From NCBI RefSeq assembly GCF_001194135.2, contig NC_068987.1:52107532-52147617 (forward strand): a stretch of DNA of 40,086 nucleotides. The letters run 5' to 3'. Source of the stretch: Octopus bimaculoides. Taxonomy: Eukaryota. The translations under genes and the position numbers were made by a program. The notes beneath the pieces are model-generated. The model worked only from the letters and a program-made list of their open reading frames with translations. It was not told the origin of the DNA and made no database searches. Positions 1 through 11,560 of the stretch are shown here, in pieces (the stretch's first letter is position 1; each line of letters starts with the position of its first letter).

Positions 1-243
1 CAGAAACAATTCCTATCATAGTAAGTGCCTTAGGTATAATAAAAAAATATTCAAACAAATAACAAAAACACCAGGACTTACAAATATATATAACATACAG
101 AAAATTGCACTACTGGGTACTGCACACATTCTACGCAAAACACTTTCATAAGAGCATCACAGCAAACCACAGCACATACCCAAGGCGCACAGAGCTGCGC
201 TCGGTAGTGAAGTGAAAGCACGTTATAAAAATAAAACTACTGA
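1..243 (+). mobile_element. 3' end of R4/Dong-like RLE non-LTR retrotransposon (ORF C-terminus plus 3' UTR), cut by the window edge
   Basis: Manual translation gives ETIPIIVSALGII...(frameshift)...NIQKIALLGTAHILRKTLS with stop at 149-151, the typical C-terminus after the RLE domain. A short UTR and an (AAT)n tail follow. Confidence 0.8.
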
Positions 244-251
244 ACAATAAC

Positions 252-313
<62 letters not shown>

Positions 314-345
314 TAACGACAGCAACAACAACAATAATAGTAACA
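244..345. repeat. (AAT)n/(AAC)n microsatellite
   Basis: Direct reading; it separates two LINE fragments. Confidence 0.95.
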
Positions 346-350
346 GAACA

Positions 351-1186
351 GATACGTGTAGTGTCCCTTGCAACGTCATCAACTTTCTCGTCCTTCTATC
401 CAGTGTTGATATTTCCTCCTTAGTCCATTGGTGGATGGGCGCCCTATATCTGACCACCGCAACTGGCCAGATATATATTGCAGTAATCAAATTTTTGGCA
501 TTCAGGTTGGATTTCAACACATTCTGCACACTTTTTTGATACACCTCACTGACTTTGACATTCATCTCTCTGTGTAAAATGTCATGCAGCTCCCAAATCT
601 CTAAATATCTATGCCTACTACTGTCGGGTTCACTTATGGTTTCTCCTGATGGTAACCGCAATCCTCTGCAGGATGCTTCCTTCCCCTTCTTCATATTAAG
701 TATTGACTATTTAGTAATCCAAATTCCATACCGATGTCCCTACTACGGTTCTGGACTGTTTTAGTTAAGCAATCTATCTATTTTTCAGATTTCCTAAACA
801 ATTTCAGATCATCCACAAACAGAAGATGCATCAATGGCCTTTCTTCCCAAAGGCCTTTCTTCCCACATCTGTAACCCATCTTAACTTTCTTAAGTGTCAT
901 TGTTATGGGTATTACTGCAATTACAAAAAGTAACGGAGAAAACGAGTCACCTTGGAAGATTCCCCTTTTAATATTAACTTCTCATGGGAATACATTACTT
1001 GAGTAAAATTTGGTTTTTCCCTCTTTCATGCTATTCATCAGAAAATTTGTGATGTCAAGACTATTGAAAAGGTTGGAAGACGCAACGAAGGTTTTAGGAA
1101 AATAATAATGAGGAATAAGTGGAAATTTTACCGGTGAGTGTGCTGAATTAAAAGAAAATGACTCTCGCCAGACACAACAGATTATT
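351..1186 (-). pseudogene. R4/Dong-like reverse transcriptase fragment, frameshifted
   Basis: Minus strand encodes KRGIFQGDSFSPLLF (about 925-970), HLLFVDDLKLF (about 790-825) and AVVRYRAPIHQWTKEEISTLDRRTRKLMTLQGTLH (ORF 146-694, whose poly-Leu tail is just the microsatellite). Confidence 0.85.
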
Positions 1187-1190
1187 ATTA

Positions 1191-1261
<71 letters not shown>

Positions 1262-1277
1262 GTTATTATTATTATTT
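1187..1277. repeat. (ATT)n microsatellite
   Basis: Direct reading. Confidence 0.95.
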
Positions 1278-1461
1278 GGGAGGAGAGGCAGAGGAGAGCT
1301 TAACGCTATTTTTTTTTCTTAGTTCAAATTTCACCGAAGTCGACTTTGACGTCAATCTTTCCGAAGTCGACGAAATAATTACCACCTTATCCCTATGTTC
1401 GATGTAATAAATTTAACCCTCTCCTCTCTAGTCACTGGAATTCTGCCAAAATTTGAAAGCG

Positions 1462-1463
<2 letters not shown>
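1278..1463 (+). mobile_element. Degenerate tRNA-derived SINE, family A
   Basis: AGTTCAAATTTCACCGAAGTCGACTTTGAC core and CCAAAATTTGAAAGC 3' end match the reverse complement of the copies at 11561 and 29551; (ATT)n tail. Confidence 0.65.

Positions 1464-1505
<42 letters not shown>
1464..1505. repeat. (ATT)n tract shared as tail by the SINE (+) and the LINE (-)
   Basis: Direct reading. Confidence 0.9.
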
Positions 1506-2730
1506 GCCTTTGCACAGCTGGAGATGTATTACGGTGTCACCTGTTCACTACCAGTGAACTAAGATAACACGTCTTAATTTTCGAGCACCTTCCGAAGTAT
1601 TTGAGTGGTTCCAAGCAGTGCTGTTTTCTGCAAGTGCTCCACCCTTATTGCCGCCCCTATTTATTCCATGTACTTCTCAAGACATTTACTCACTGTTCCC
1701 AGGTTTGCGACAATTATTGGTACTACTACTACCTTTTTCATCGATCACAACTGCTAACCTGTCATATATATCGACTTTTCTTTCTTCCTTATCTCATACA
1801 TTGTTGTCAGCTGGGATTGCTACATCTATAATCCAGCATCGTTTGCTTTCTTTGTCAATTAAGACTATGTCTGGCTTCCTATTCTGTATCTCATGGTCAC
1901 ACTGAATATTAAAATCCCACAGGATATTTGCATTATCATTTTCGATGATGCCTTCGTGTGTGTGGTCGTCCATACATTGGCTGGTAATATGCCATATGGT
2001 TTCACCATTTTGTTCAAAATTCTTCACTTATCACTTTCTGATGTGTTGTCTATTCTGTATATTATGTAGTTTTTTCTTTGTGTTTGCACTCGGACAGCAC
2101 GGATTAAAACCTCCGTTTCCGGTCTTAAATCACTTTTTGTCATCCATATTTTTTCTCTGTCTGTTTTATTTTCAACATCCCTCTGAAATTGTCCATGCAT
2201 TCTTTTTTTATGCACATATTTTCAGTTTCATAGGTTTTCAATTGCTTGCACAATGCTTTATCTTTGCAATCTTTCATCCTACACAACCCGGACCTTCTTA
2301 ATAAGAACGGTTTTACATACCATGCTATCTTGTTTTCTTCTACTCTAATGCTGTGTTCGCATCTATTGAGTCCTCTCCCTCCTCTTTTTCTTGGTACACA
2401 CAGTCTATCTATGTCACTTTTCGGGTGGAATGTCCCATATCTAGTTAGCAACTTCCTTGTTTATTTGGTATACTGTCCATGCGATTACTCGTGCTCCATA
2501 TCTAAGGAGTGAAACTGTCCAGGTGTTGATAGCTTCAATCTTATTGCGTACGTTTCATTTCGGCTTCAGGATCAGTCTCAGTCTGCGCAAGTACTCCACC
2601 TTAATTTTTTCTGTCATTTCTTTCTCCATCAATTTATCCATTTCCAAAATACCGAAGTACTCATAGCCCGTCTCTTCTATCTGCTTCACAACCTCCACCG
2701 ACGGTATCGTTAGCCCGTCCATACATTTGT
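1506..2730 (-). pseudogene. 5'-truncated R4/Dong-like non-LTR retrotransposon with RT thumb, CCHC remnant, RLE endonuclease, 3' UTR and (AAT)n tail
   Basis: ORF-track and manual translation show GYEYFGILE..KIKVEYLRRLRLIL, HPKSDIDRLCVPRKRGGRGL, ETIWHITSQC, ENDNANILWDFNIQCDHEIQNRKPDIVLIDKESKRCWIIDVAIPADNNV (PD-(D/E)xK-type RLE) and LQKTALLGTTQILRKVLEN*. Confidence 0.9.
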
Positions 2731-2732
2731 TA

Positions 2733-2734
<2 letters not shown>

Positions 2735-2781
<47 letters not shown>

Positions 2782-2840
2782 TATTATTATTATTAATACT
2801 ATAACAAAAACAATAGCAACAAAAACAAGAATAATAATAG
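2735..2840. repeat. (AAT)n then (TTA)n microsatellite junction
   Basis: The tract switches strand near 2777 and lies between head-to-head LINE fragments. Confidence 0.9.
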
Positions 2841-2844
2841 AACA

Positions 2845-3300
2845 AATACGTGGTACGAGCAAATCTCAGAAGGAGTCACCGAGAATGATGATTGCAGAAT
2901 CCTGTGTGATGCAATGATTCAGTGCGATAGACATCGGAAACCGATCATTATTGTAGGGAATAAGAAAGAAAGAACTTACATGATAATCGACATAGCAACA
3001 TTCCGGTGTCAAAAAGATCAAACCGGAAGCAGAAAAAATACTGAAGTATTTCAATGACTTGAAATAGAAAGTACGAAGATTGTGGTCGACGAGGAGAGGA
3101 GAGCCAAGCAACATGGCTCGAAATGATTGGTGTAAACGTAAATATAGATCGCCTACAAAAATCAGTATTGCTTGGAACTGTAAGAATTCTTCGTAGTGTT
3201 CTTCGAGCATGAGTATAAACAAGTGTCACCTTAGTCTCCTGACTGTGGACAGCTGACAGTTTCCACCATACCCAGTAAAATAAACTGAAAGATTTCATCA
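2845..3300 (+). pseudogene. 5'-truncated R4/Dong-like fragment (RLE domain plus 3' UTR)
   Basis: TWYEQISEGVTENDDCRILCDAMIQCD..HRKP and ..VLLGTVRILRSVL. The UTR (GTGTCACCTTAGT..GTGGACAGCTGACA) resembles the UTR of the 1506-2730 copy. Confidence 0.8.
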
Positions 3301-3324
3301 AATAGTAAGGATGGTGATTATAAT

Positions 3325-3604
3325 GATGTGCTTTCCCCTCCGAGATGACGTATGAGTGTTCAGATTTGGTGAGTGACGTGCAAACATTATTTGTTTATGG
3401 AGATCAAATGTTTGTGGTGTACATTAACTCACTCACTCCATGAAATCAACGTTGCCAGAACAGGTGTATTGTGTAACATGCATCAGTTGTCGAAGTGACC
3501 GCAGAGCGACGTGAAATGAAGTGTTTTTTCTCAAGAACATAACGCACCAGCCGGTCTCGTGATTGTACGTGCAGCACCGTAACCACTAGTCTATGCGCCC
3601 TCAC
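3325..3604 (-). mobile_element. tRNA-derived SINE, family C
   Basis: Reverse complement begins GTGAGGGCGCATAGACTAGTGGTTACGGTGCTG (tRNA A-box-like head), followed by GTTCTTGAGAAAAAACACTTCATTTCACG, which I recognise as a common octopus repeat. Confidence 0.6.
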
Positions 3605-4104
3605 AAACCATGACAACTATCATTCAACCACTCTAGTGGTTGAATATGTTCTTAAGTCTACCATTTCGTCAATCGCAGCAGATTCCAAGCTTCATCACTA
3701 ATTCAGTTCTCAAATAAATTGTAAACTCTTAATAGTTTTAAAGAGGACACCTCTTCAGCTACAGCTACACTTTGGCATAAATAGTTTGAGATTTGGTTCA
3801 GTAGAAAAAAAGTTACATCAAAATAGCTGCGATCTCAAGGGGGGGGGGCAGTAAGGCAAATATTCATCTTCAATTAACATAAATTTTTAAATTACAAATT
3901 AAAAGTACAACTTTTTTTAGGCTTAACTGATAGAAAAATGTATGAGGAATTCAGAATCGCTAGTGGTATTGAAGAAAAATTAGTATAAAAAGAGTTATAA
4001 GGTAAAATATTACGAAATTTCATGTCAGTAAGTAAGGAAGTAAGGGAGTAACACTTCAGCAATAAGAATAAAGAATATATTTCTAAAATCAATGCTTAGT
4101 TTCA

Positions 4105-4218
4105 ACGACCACGTGCAGACAGAAACGTTAACCTATCAGGCAAAATGTTTAACAGTATTTCATTTGTCTTTACGTTCTTTTTTGAGTTCAAATTTCGCCG
4201 TGGTCGACTTTGACGTAC
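4105..4218 (+). mobile_element. SINE family A, 5' half
   Basis: CAGAAACGTTA..GTCTTTACGTTC..GAGTTCAAATTTCGCCGTGGTCGACTTTG. A second short piece (AGCGGTATTTCGTCTGTCCTTAC) ends at the gap at 4358. Confidence 0.7.
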
Positions 4219-4358
4219 AGATTATCTAATTATTTTTTAAAAAATTCAACACATTCAAACTTCCGTTACTGGTAGAATATGTCACATAGAACAGGATTTA
4301 TTCTTAACGTTTCTGACAAAATTTTGTATTTCAGAAGCGGTATTTCGTCTGTCCTTAC

Positions 4359-4888
4359 NNNNNNNNNNNNNNNNNNNNNNNNNNNNNNNNNNNNNNNNNN
4401 NNNNNNNNNNNNNNNNNNNNNNNNNNNNNNNNNNNNNNNNNNNNNNNNNNNNNNNNNNNNNNNNNNNNNNNNNNNNNNNNNNNNNNNNNNNNNNNNNNNN
4501 NNNNNNNNNNNNNNNNNNNNNNNNNNNNNNNNNNNNNNNNNNNNNNNNNNNNNNNNNNNNNNNNNNNNNNNNNNNNNNNNNNNNNNNNNNNNNNNNNNNN
4601 NNNNNNNNNNNNNNNNNNNNNNNNNNNNNNNNNNNNNNNNNNNNNNNNNNNNNNNNNNNNNNNNNNNNNNNNNNNNNNNNNNNNNNNNNNNNNNNNNNNN
4701 NNNNNNNNNNNNNNNNNNNNNNNNNNNNNNNNNNNNNNNNNNNNNNNNNNNNNNNNNNNNNNNNNNNNNNNNNNNNNNNNNNNNNNNNNNNNNNNNNNNN
4801 NNNNNNNNNNNNNNNNNNNNNNNNNNNNNNNNNNNNNNNNNNNNNNNNNNNNNNNNNNNNNNNNNNNNNNNNNNNNNNNNNNNNNNNN
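4359..4888. other. Assembly gap (N)
   Basis: Run of N. Confidence 1.
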
Positions 4889-5453
4889 AGGTTTGCAGTA
4901 TCCGGGTCTATTTGAGGCTAAATAACAACATTGTGGTCAATTTCTATATTAACACCCGCATGATTTTCACTAAGAAAAAAAAAAGATTTTTTGCGTGGAA
5001 TCAAGTACCCCGACTTCTTAATATACTGCAAATCCCTTATTTTGGTTCGGAAAGAATGAGATAGTGGTGTCCCTCCCCAATCCCGAAATCATTGGAAAAT
5101 TTTTCTTCGTTGAATGAATTTCTGTGACCTCATAATATTGCAAAATTAGGTTACTTAAGGTGAGCCTTATAACTGATGGTTTTGGGGCCTTGTTGTTTGT
5201 AACTTTTGGTGAGCCATGGTGCAAACAGCAACATGGTAAAAATCCTTGCCATAAATTTGTTGTGGATGGGTATAATATCAAGTAATTCAATCACAACTTA
5301 TATCTAAATTAAACACGAAAAAATTGAAATATTATCATCACTTACATGGAAAAATTGAAATATTATCTTTCAGTATTTTATAAGGTAAAATCTAAAATTA
5401 TTAATTGACACATAATAATTATCTTATAACGGCAATGCCTGGGAAAATCATGG

Positions 5454-5973
5454 ATTACATGGACAAATGCGAGCATGAAAAGTCATATTCATAAGATTAT
5501 AAACCTGGAAAAGTACAGGACAAGTTATTACACCTGTAAAAGTATAGGACAAACTTTTACTTCTAGTAAAGTAAAGAATAAGAGACTTTTTGCTTAAACT
5601 ATTGCAGCTTAAATTAAAATTTGAATATTAAAGCTTATTTTATTATAGTTTACAAATAACACTATACTTATTTAAGTAGAATTTGGCTAATTTACTACCT
5701 TAAATACAGAAAAAATGACTAATTAGACAAACTTAAATATTAGCTGAACCGTTTTGTACAATAAATTTGGAAGATGAGAACTGTGAAGAGTGATTTATTA
5801 GAAAAACTGCCATTCTTTGCTGCAATGTTTTAAGCAAAAAGTTTCTTATTCTTACCTTTACTAGAAGTAATAGTTTGTCATATACTTTTACAGCTGTAAG
5901 AACTTATCCTGTACTTTTCCAGGTTTATAATCTTAAGAATATGACCTTTCATGGTCGCATTTTTCCATGTAAT
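5454..5973. repeat. Long inverted repeat (arms 5454-5608 and 5819-5973, about 90% identical, 210-bp spacer); MITE/foldback-like
   Basis: Manual alignment of the left arm ATTACATGGACAAATGCGAGCATGAAAAGTCATATTC.. with the reverse complement of the right arm ATTACATGGAAAAATGCGACCATGAAAGGTCATATTC.. holds over 155 bp. Confidence 0.9.
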
Positions 5974-8871
5974 AATATATAACTGGCAAAGTGGAAGTAA
6001 TATACAACTATTCTATAAGGATATTGACACATTTAATTATAAATAAGAAAAATGATGATGATAACTGGTGAAACTCTACTGCAATTGCTAAGAGTGAAAT
6101 TAATATTTTATATATTACACTACATGAATCGTAATATCGTGTTCAGTTAACACATTTAACATGAATCGTAAAATCGTGTTCAGTAATGCCAAGCGGTACA
6201 AATAACGTATAGGCATTTCAATATATGTCAGTATAGTGGTGGGGCCCAGTGACATTATCCAGAAAAAATAACGCAAAAAATGAATATGGAGGAGGAACTA
6301 ATGAATTTACAAAGTGACGTAAGCTGAGATTTTAAGTGCTCCTATCTAAATATAGAAGATAGACCCGCCAATATTGGATAAAAATATAACTATGCAATAA
6401 ACTAAAGTCAGCCGCCAGACAAACGAAGCAAATATACCAGAATATTAATTCATATAGTAACAGGTGTAACTAGTTGACGGAACTAGAAATCGAGTTTATG
6501 AATAAATATCCATGGACTTATTGATACTATTAATTGCATAAGTATTACTATTACTGAACATTCTGACTCTGGTTGATACAATATTCAATGAGTGACAAAC
6601 ACAAAACCTGCATTCACTGCAACTGATATTCCAATACATGTTACTGCGGTTGCACATGATGCTGACTATAAATATAAGAAGATTTTGCATGCAACACGGT
6701 AAAGTGACACAGCTAGCTTGATTAAAGGGTAAATGTTTCAGATACAATCTCTTAAATTCCAACAGAGTAAGATGCCCTTTAAACAAATCACATAATGATT
6801 GATACGCATTCGCTTAACTGGTTAAATAACTTCTATACATTTGCATACACGCAACAGTAGCACGATTGGGAATCAAGAAGCGATTTTCTGTTGCATAAAA
6901 TAACATTTACTGATATGGCATCGAGTAGAAGAGAATACACTATAAAAGAGAAACTCTGCGTTCCTAAGTATGTAAAATACGCCAGATGATTTTTAGATAG
7001 CCCCTCTAGATAAATGAAGAAAAATACCGTTTCAAGATTCAATACAACATAAACATGAACAAACAAGACTACAATCACTGGAATGCTAAAACAAAAATAT
7101 CAGTTGGAAAGATAGATAATTGAAATGGCATATCATTACAGAAAATGCTTCTCTCAAAGCCAAGTTTTTAAAACAACGTGAAAAATTCTATGCCGTATAG
7201 CACAATATTGATGGACGTAGAAACGTAGTATGGAAACAAGCACACACGTTTTCAAAATACATTTTGGTAGACTGATCTAAAATCACGTACAACAAAAATA
7301 TTTGTTCGTTAGAGAAAATGTAGTAAAATGAAGAAGCGAAATCCCATCTCTCGAAAGCATTACAATATCTAATATGAAGTGTGTTTTAGATAGTTTCGGT
7401 AACTATTAAATTTCTCACATTGTAACGTGGAGGCTTTGGTCTATAACATACTAAACTGTTAACTAACGAATTATTAAACAATTTATTAAGCTAAGTACGC
7501 ACGCATTTTGCCAGTACTAAAATATTTATCCTCAAGGAAAAGCCGACAGTTCATCCATATAGCTGTCGTATTCTAAAATATCTGCCAGTACTCTATATAT
7601 CACCTTCTAATACGTAACTTATTGTTTGATGTATTTTACTACCTGCACTTCATTGCATGTCCATTTCGCAATATTCAGTAGTCCCCTGATTTTGTATACT
7701 TCCCATTCACAAGATTCTTCCGATGATCTTCTGTATCTGAAGTCTGAGGTAGCTAATATATTCCATATAAAGAAATGGTGTGCTGAAAATAACTGTCATT
7801 CGTTTATATACAAAATCACACTTTTTATTGCGAGAATAAGCGAATGTGTTTTGTTACAGCACAATCAACTTATTCGATTACAAACTAATGAAGTGTCAAG
7901 TAAATTCTGCTGTCGAAAATCAAGTAGAATATTCGTGTTTGATCGTATTTTGATTTTGTCTTCCAGCTATCGCTTGTTCAATGTACGTTGGACAGTAAAA
8001 TGCTAGTTTGGACAGCAAATAAAGATTTTGACACCGGAATCACTCAACTTCTCTCACGGATGACCTAAAAGTAAATTCTGCGTCTGATACATGATTGTGT
8101 ATCCTTTTAATAATAAGACAAGCTGTTTAGCAAGTACGTTAGCATAACTTTTGGACTAGTGTGATTTATAAAATTGAGTGTAAAACGACACAGTCAAAGG
8201 AGTCGAGCAGGAGATTTGGAACAACAGAAAAGGAGATAGTGTAAATATTTGTGTGAATGCTCTGCAAACAAGTAGGAAAAATTGATATTTTCAATAGTTA
8301 AAAGCAATAAGACTTTTGCTCAGAAGCAAATACATATCTGAGCCATGAACACCTTTATGGTTTCATGTATAATTCATAATTGTTTATTATTTCACTATTG
8401 TATGATTAACGTAAATTCCAGAGCCTGTATCCTGAGAAACTTGCTAACAAAGTCGTAACCTACAGAAGAGTGCTGACATCCCAGAGCAACTTTGTAGATC
8501 CATTGATTTCTATGAGAAAGCAATAACTGCAAGTGCACAAGAACCTGATACGTACAATTGTTGACCAGATACGTTCAAAATGTTATTCTGGTAAAAACAA
8601 ATAATACCAGTGGAAAAGTTATCTTTCGGTTAATAGACGAGAGCTTACTTTTATGTTGATGTTCAAAAGTGCTCAAAACTCAGTATCAGCAAAAGCATTA
8701 AGGATGTACATAATGAAAATCATATCTATTTGTATAACGAGTTGTGTTTACCTGAGTGTCACGTAAACTCCCACAAATATTGCAGAAAATGTATAAATGC
8801 CGAAAGAAATGATACTGCATGCACATTTTTATGGCTACCCTCTACATAACGTGTCGGTTACTCTCTGCATA

Positions 8872-8924
8872 AAATATTCATTAAAATTTTGACTTAATAT
8901 AAGTCAAAATTCTAATGAATATTT
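8872..8924. repeat. Palindrome: 25-bp stem with one mismatch, 3-nt loop
   Basis: AAATATTCATTAAAATTTTGACTTA-ATA-TAAGTCAAAATTCTAATGAATATTT. Confidence 0.9.
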
Positions 8925-10399
8925 CAATGAGGAATCTCTAGCTGTCCCAGTTATAGGTCATAATTATTATACTTTCAAATGGACGCAAAATTAATTCACT
9001 AACTTGAGAGAAATAGCTTGAGTCTTATAGACAAATAGACAAATGTCTCTTCAATTGTGCTGTGCAGCTGAAATAAATTCTTATAAAATATTCACTGAAG
9101 GGACGCAAATATATCTTGCGAGGGATCAAAGTAAACAATAATAAAATAGCTGTCATGCACAAAAAAGTATTTCTAAATTTTGGAAAATAAAATAAAAAAT
9201 TAGAGACAGGCGGAAGACAATACAGACAATTGACAGAAGAAAAAAGAAAAATAATAGTGTAAAATTTAAAATTTAAGCAAAATGTTGGATTAGAGAATTC
9301 CATGCTAAGCCGATCGTAAGAAAACCTCTATAGACTCAGTAAATGAATACAAATGATCAGGATGACTACAGAGGTTGCTGAATTCATCTTTAGAGTTTGT
9401 AATTACCGCATCTCACCAGAAGACACCAACAGCTAGCAATCAAATAGTATATATTATCCAACATCAGAATATGCGCTACCTTAACCAAATTGAACACTAA
9501 TAAAAATTACCATGGTTTGACAATGAGCTATTTTCTGCGTGTGTAATTACCTCATGTTCAACACTCAAGATAATATGCAAATTGAGCCACTGCTACTGAC
9601 AACACATTTATTTACTACCCGTATCAGATATAAAATTCGTATAAAAATGCGAAAATATAACCAGGAATAGAGAAAAAGATAATTAAAACAGTGATATAGA
9701 TATAAGCGAATTTCCCCAAAAGGTTTCAATATATATATATATATGAATCATTGAACGAGACACAATATAGCAAGTAGAATAGGGTGAAAGGTCTAGGCGG
9801 GAATAATATAACTGCATCAAATTAATACGAAAAAAGAATCAAGTTCTTCCTGTAGAAAGTTATATTTTTAGCACTCGCAATGTGACACTATTTGGATTAA
9901 CCAAAACTAAACAGGAACAAAGCTGATATCTACTTTTAGAATGTGTCAGTCGAAATTTATCACAATAATAATTAGTTTACCAAAGATGCAAGGATATAAA
10001 GATATAAAACCACTATAAAATATTTACCGGAAAATTACAAAAATATCTAGAAAAAGATCTTGGAAAGCTAATACAAATATTCACAACACAATAAAAAAAG
10101 AAGCAATTTCTTATTTGACAAGTGCTGATCAGATTTGTCCTTACTTATTTGACTTAGTCCCTGAAAAGGTCTACTAAGTAATAATAAAGCTATCACTATA
10201 CATCCAGAATTTGATATGCACTCTGCACTGTACCATTATATTCAAATTGTAACTTATTTCTATCCAGACTTATCTCCCATGATTTTCTTCACCAGAATTA
10301 TATATGCAATTTTCAGTAAATAGCATTTTTGGCTCATCACAACAACATAAGTTGAAGTCTTACTTGTTCATTTATTTTAAAATAGTTCGAAATAATTGT

Positions 10400-10650
10400 T
10401 AGGAATTATAGGGAGTAACGAGACCACCCAAGCATGATTTTTAAGAAAAAGAAGTTAAAAAATACCAGATGGAAATACCAGTGCCTAAGGCTGATAACGC
10501 ACATCTGAAGTAAATTGAAAATTCTTCAAACTATCAAGATGTTGAATTAAAGATAACCAAGGTGTGAGATACAGAAAGTAGCAATTTACGGAATTATAAC
10601 AAGGATCCCACACTACCGCATAAATAAAACCTTGAGACATACATTGAGAC
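10400..10650 (+). pseudogene. Heavily decayed R4/Dong-like RLE fragment
   Basis: MEIPVPKADNAHLK*IENSSNYQDVELKITKV* aligns by eye to the IP-D-N---KE-EK--KY-DL-IEI---W block of the neighbouring copy. Confidence 0.5.
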
Positions 10651-10832
10651 ACAGCGTATGGAAAATGGTAATAATTAGTGTTGCACTACATAGTTCATAA
10701 ATTATTTTTAGTACAAAGGAAATGCAAAAATAAAATAAAATATAGCATATATGAAACGGTCGCAAAGATGCGATCGATTATACTGTAAAAGTACGCAGCA
10801 AAAGCTACATAACTAATTACTACAACCGATCC

Positions 10833-10833
10833 G

Positions 10834-10874
<41 letters not shown>

Positions 10875-10950
10875 GATGCTGCAGCTGCTGCTGCCACTGC
10901 TATTGGTGCTCCTGCTGCTGACAACAACAACAATAATAATAATGATGATT
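10833..10950. repeat. Compound trinucleotide repeat (TAC)n-(GCT)n-(AAC)n-(AAT)n
   Basis: Direct reading; it produces the poly-Ser/Ile ORF 10695-11030. Confidence 0.9.
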
Positions 10951-10953
10951 AAC

Positions 10954-11250
10954 GAATAGTACAAGCACCACACTGAGGCCGTAACTAACGGAGAAAATGT
11001 AACGATTCTTTGGGACTTTCCAGTACACACAGACTAAGCAGTCAAAGCTAATAAACAAGATAGAGTTGTAAAATACCAAAACAATAAAGTCTGTTTATTG
11101 ATGAACATGAGTATACCTTGTAATCATAATATCTTTACAAAAGAACTTGACAAGCCCAGAAAATATAAAGATTTGCTCATTGAAATCGAAATGACGTGGC
11201 ATCTCAAGACGATTACAGTACTAGTGATTGTAAGAATGATCGAAACAGAA
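10954..11250 (+). pseudogene. R4/Dong-like RLE endonuclease fragment
   Basis: One frame reads *YKHHTEAVTNGENVTILWDFPVHTD*AVKANKQDRVVKYQNNKVCLLMNMSIPCNHNIFTKELDKPRKYKDLLIEIEMTWHLKTITV, starting just after an AAT tract. Confidence 0.85.
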
Positions 11251-11560
11251 CTAAAGATTATTTGTGGATGGTATGCCACACGTATTGAGAAGAGCATTAC
11301 CGCTGTGAATTTTCTTTCTTCCTCCCCTTTATTTTTTGTTCTCTTTTTTCATTTTATTCCTCATTCTTTTTCATCTCTGCCCTTCTTGCCCTTTTTTCTA
11401 TCATATGACATTGTAAATGAACAATCTGGTATGTTTATAGTAATAGCCTACCAATATATACAGCGAGTTGTTTGCCCTAGGTGCCGGCAAGAAATGGAAA
11501 GACACTCAGCAAGAAATGGAAACAAAATTGAAGGAAGACGATGATGATACTAATAATAGT

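Noticed and set aside
348-360. GAACAGATACGTG at the edge of one LINE fragment resembles GAACAAATACGTG at about 2840
   Set aside because: A 12/13 match in low-complexity flanks of fragments with opposite orientation; it does not form a plausible TSD.
6496-7400. Hydrophobic minus-strand ORFs 6496-6786 and 6833-7078 suggesting a GPCR or RT remnant (FTYLGT)
   Set aside because: No conserved receptor motifs. Possible LINE motifs point to opposite strands, and T-rich sequence translates as hydrophobic by default.
7626-8006. 126-aa plus-strand ORF
   Set aside because: No recognisable domain, it starts at a non-ATG codon, and the length is plausible by chance in 40 kb.
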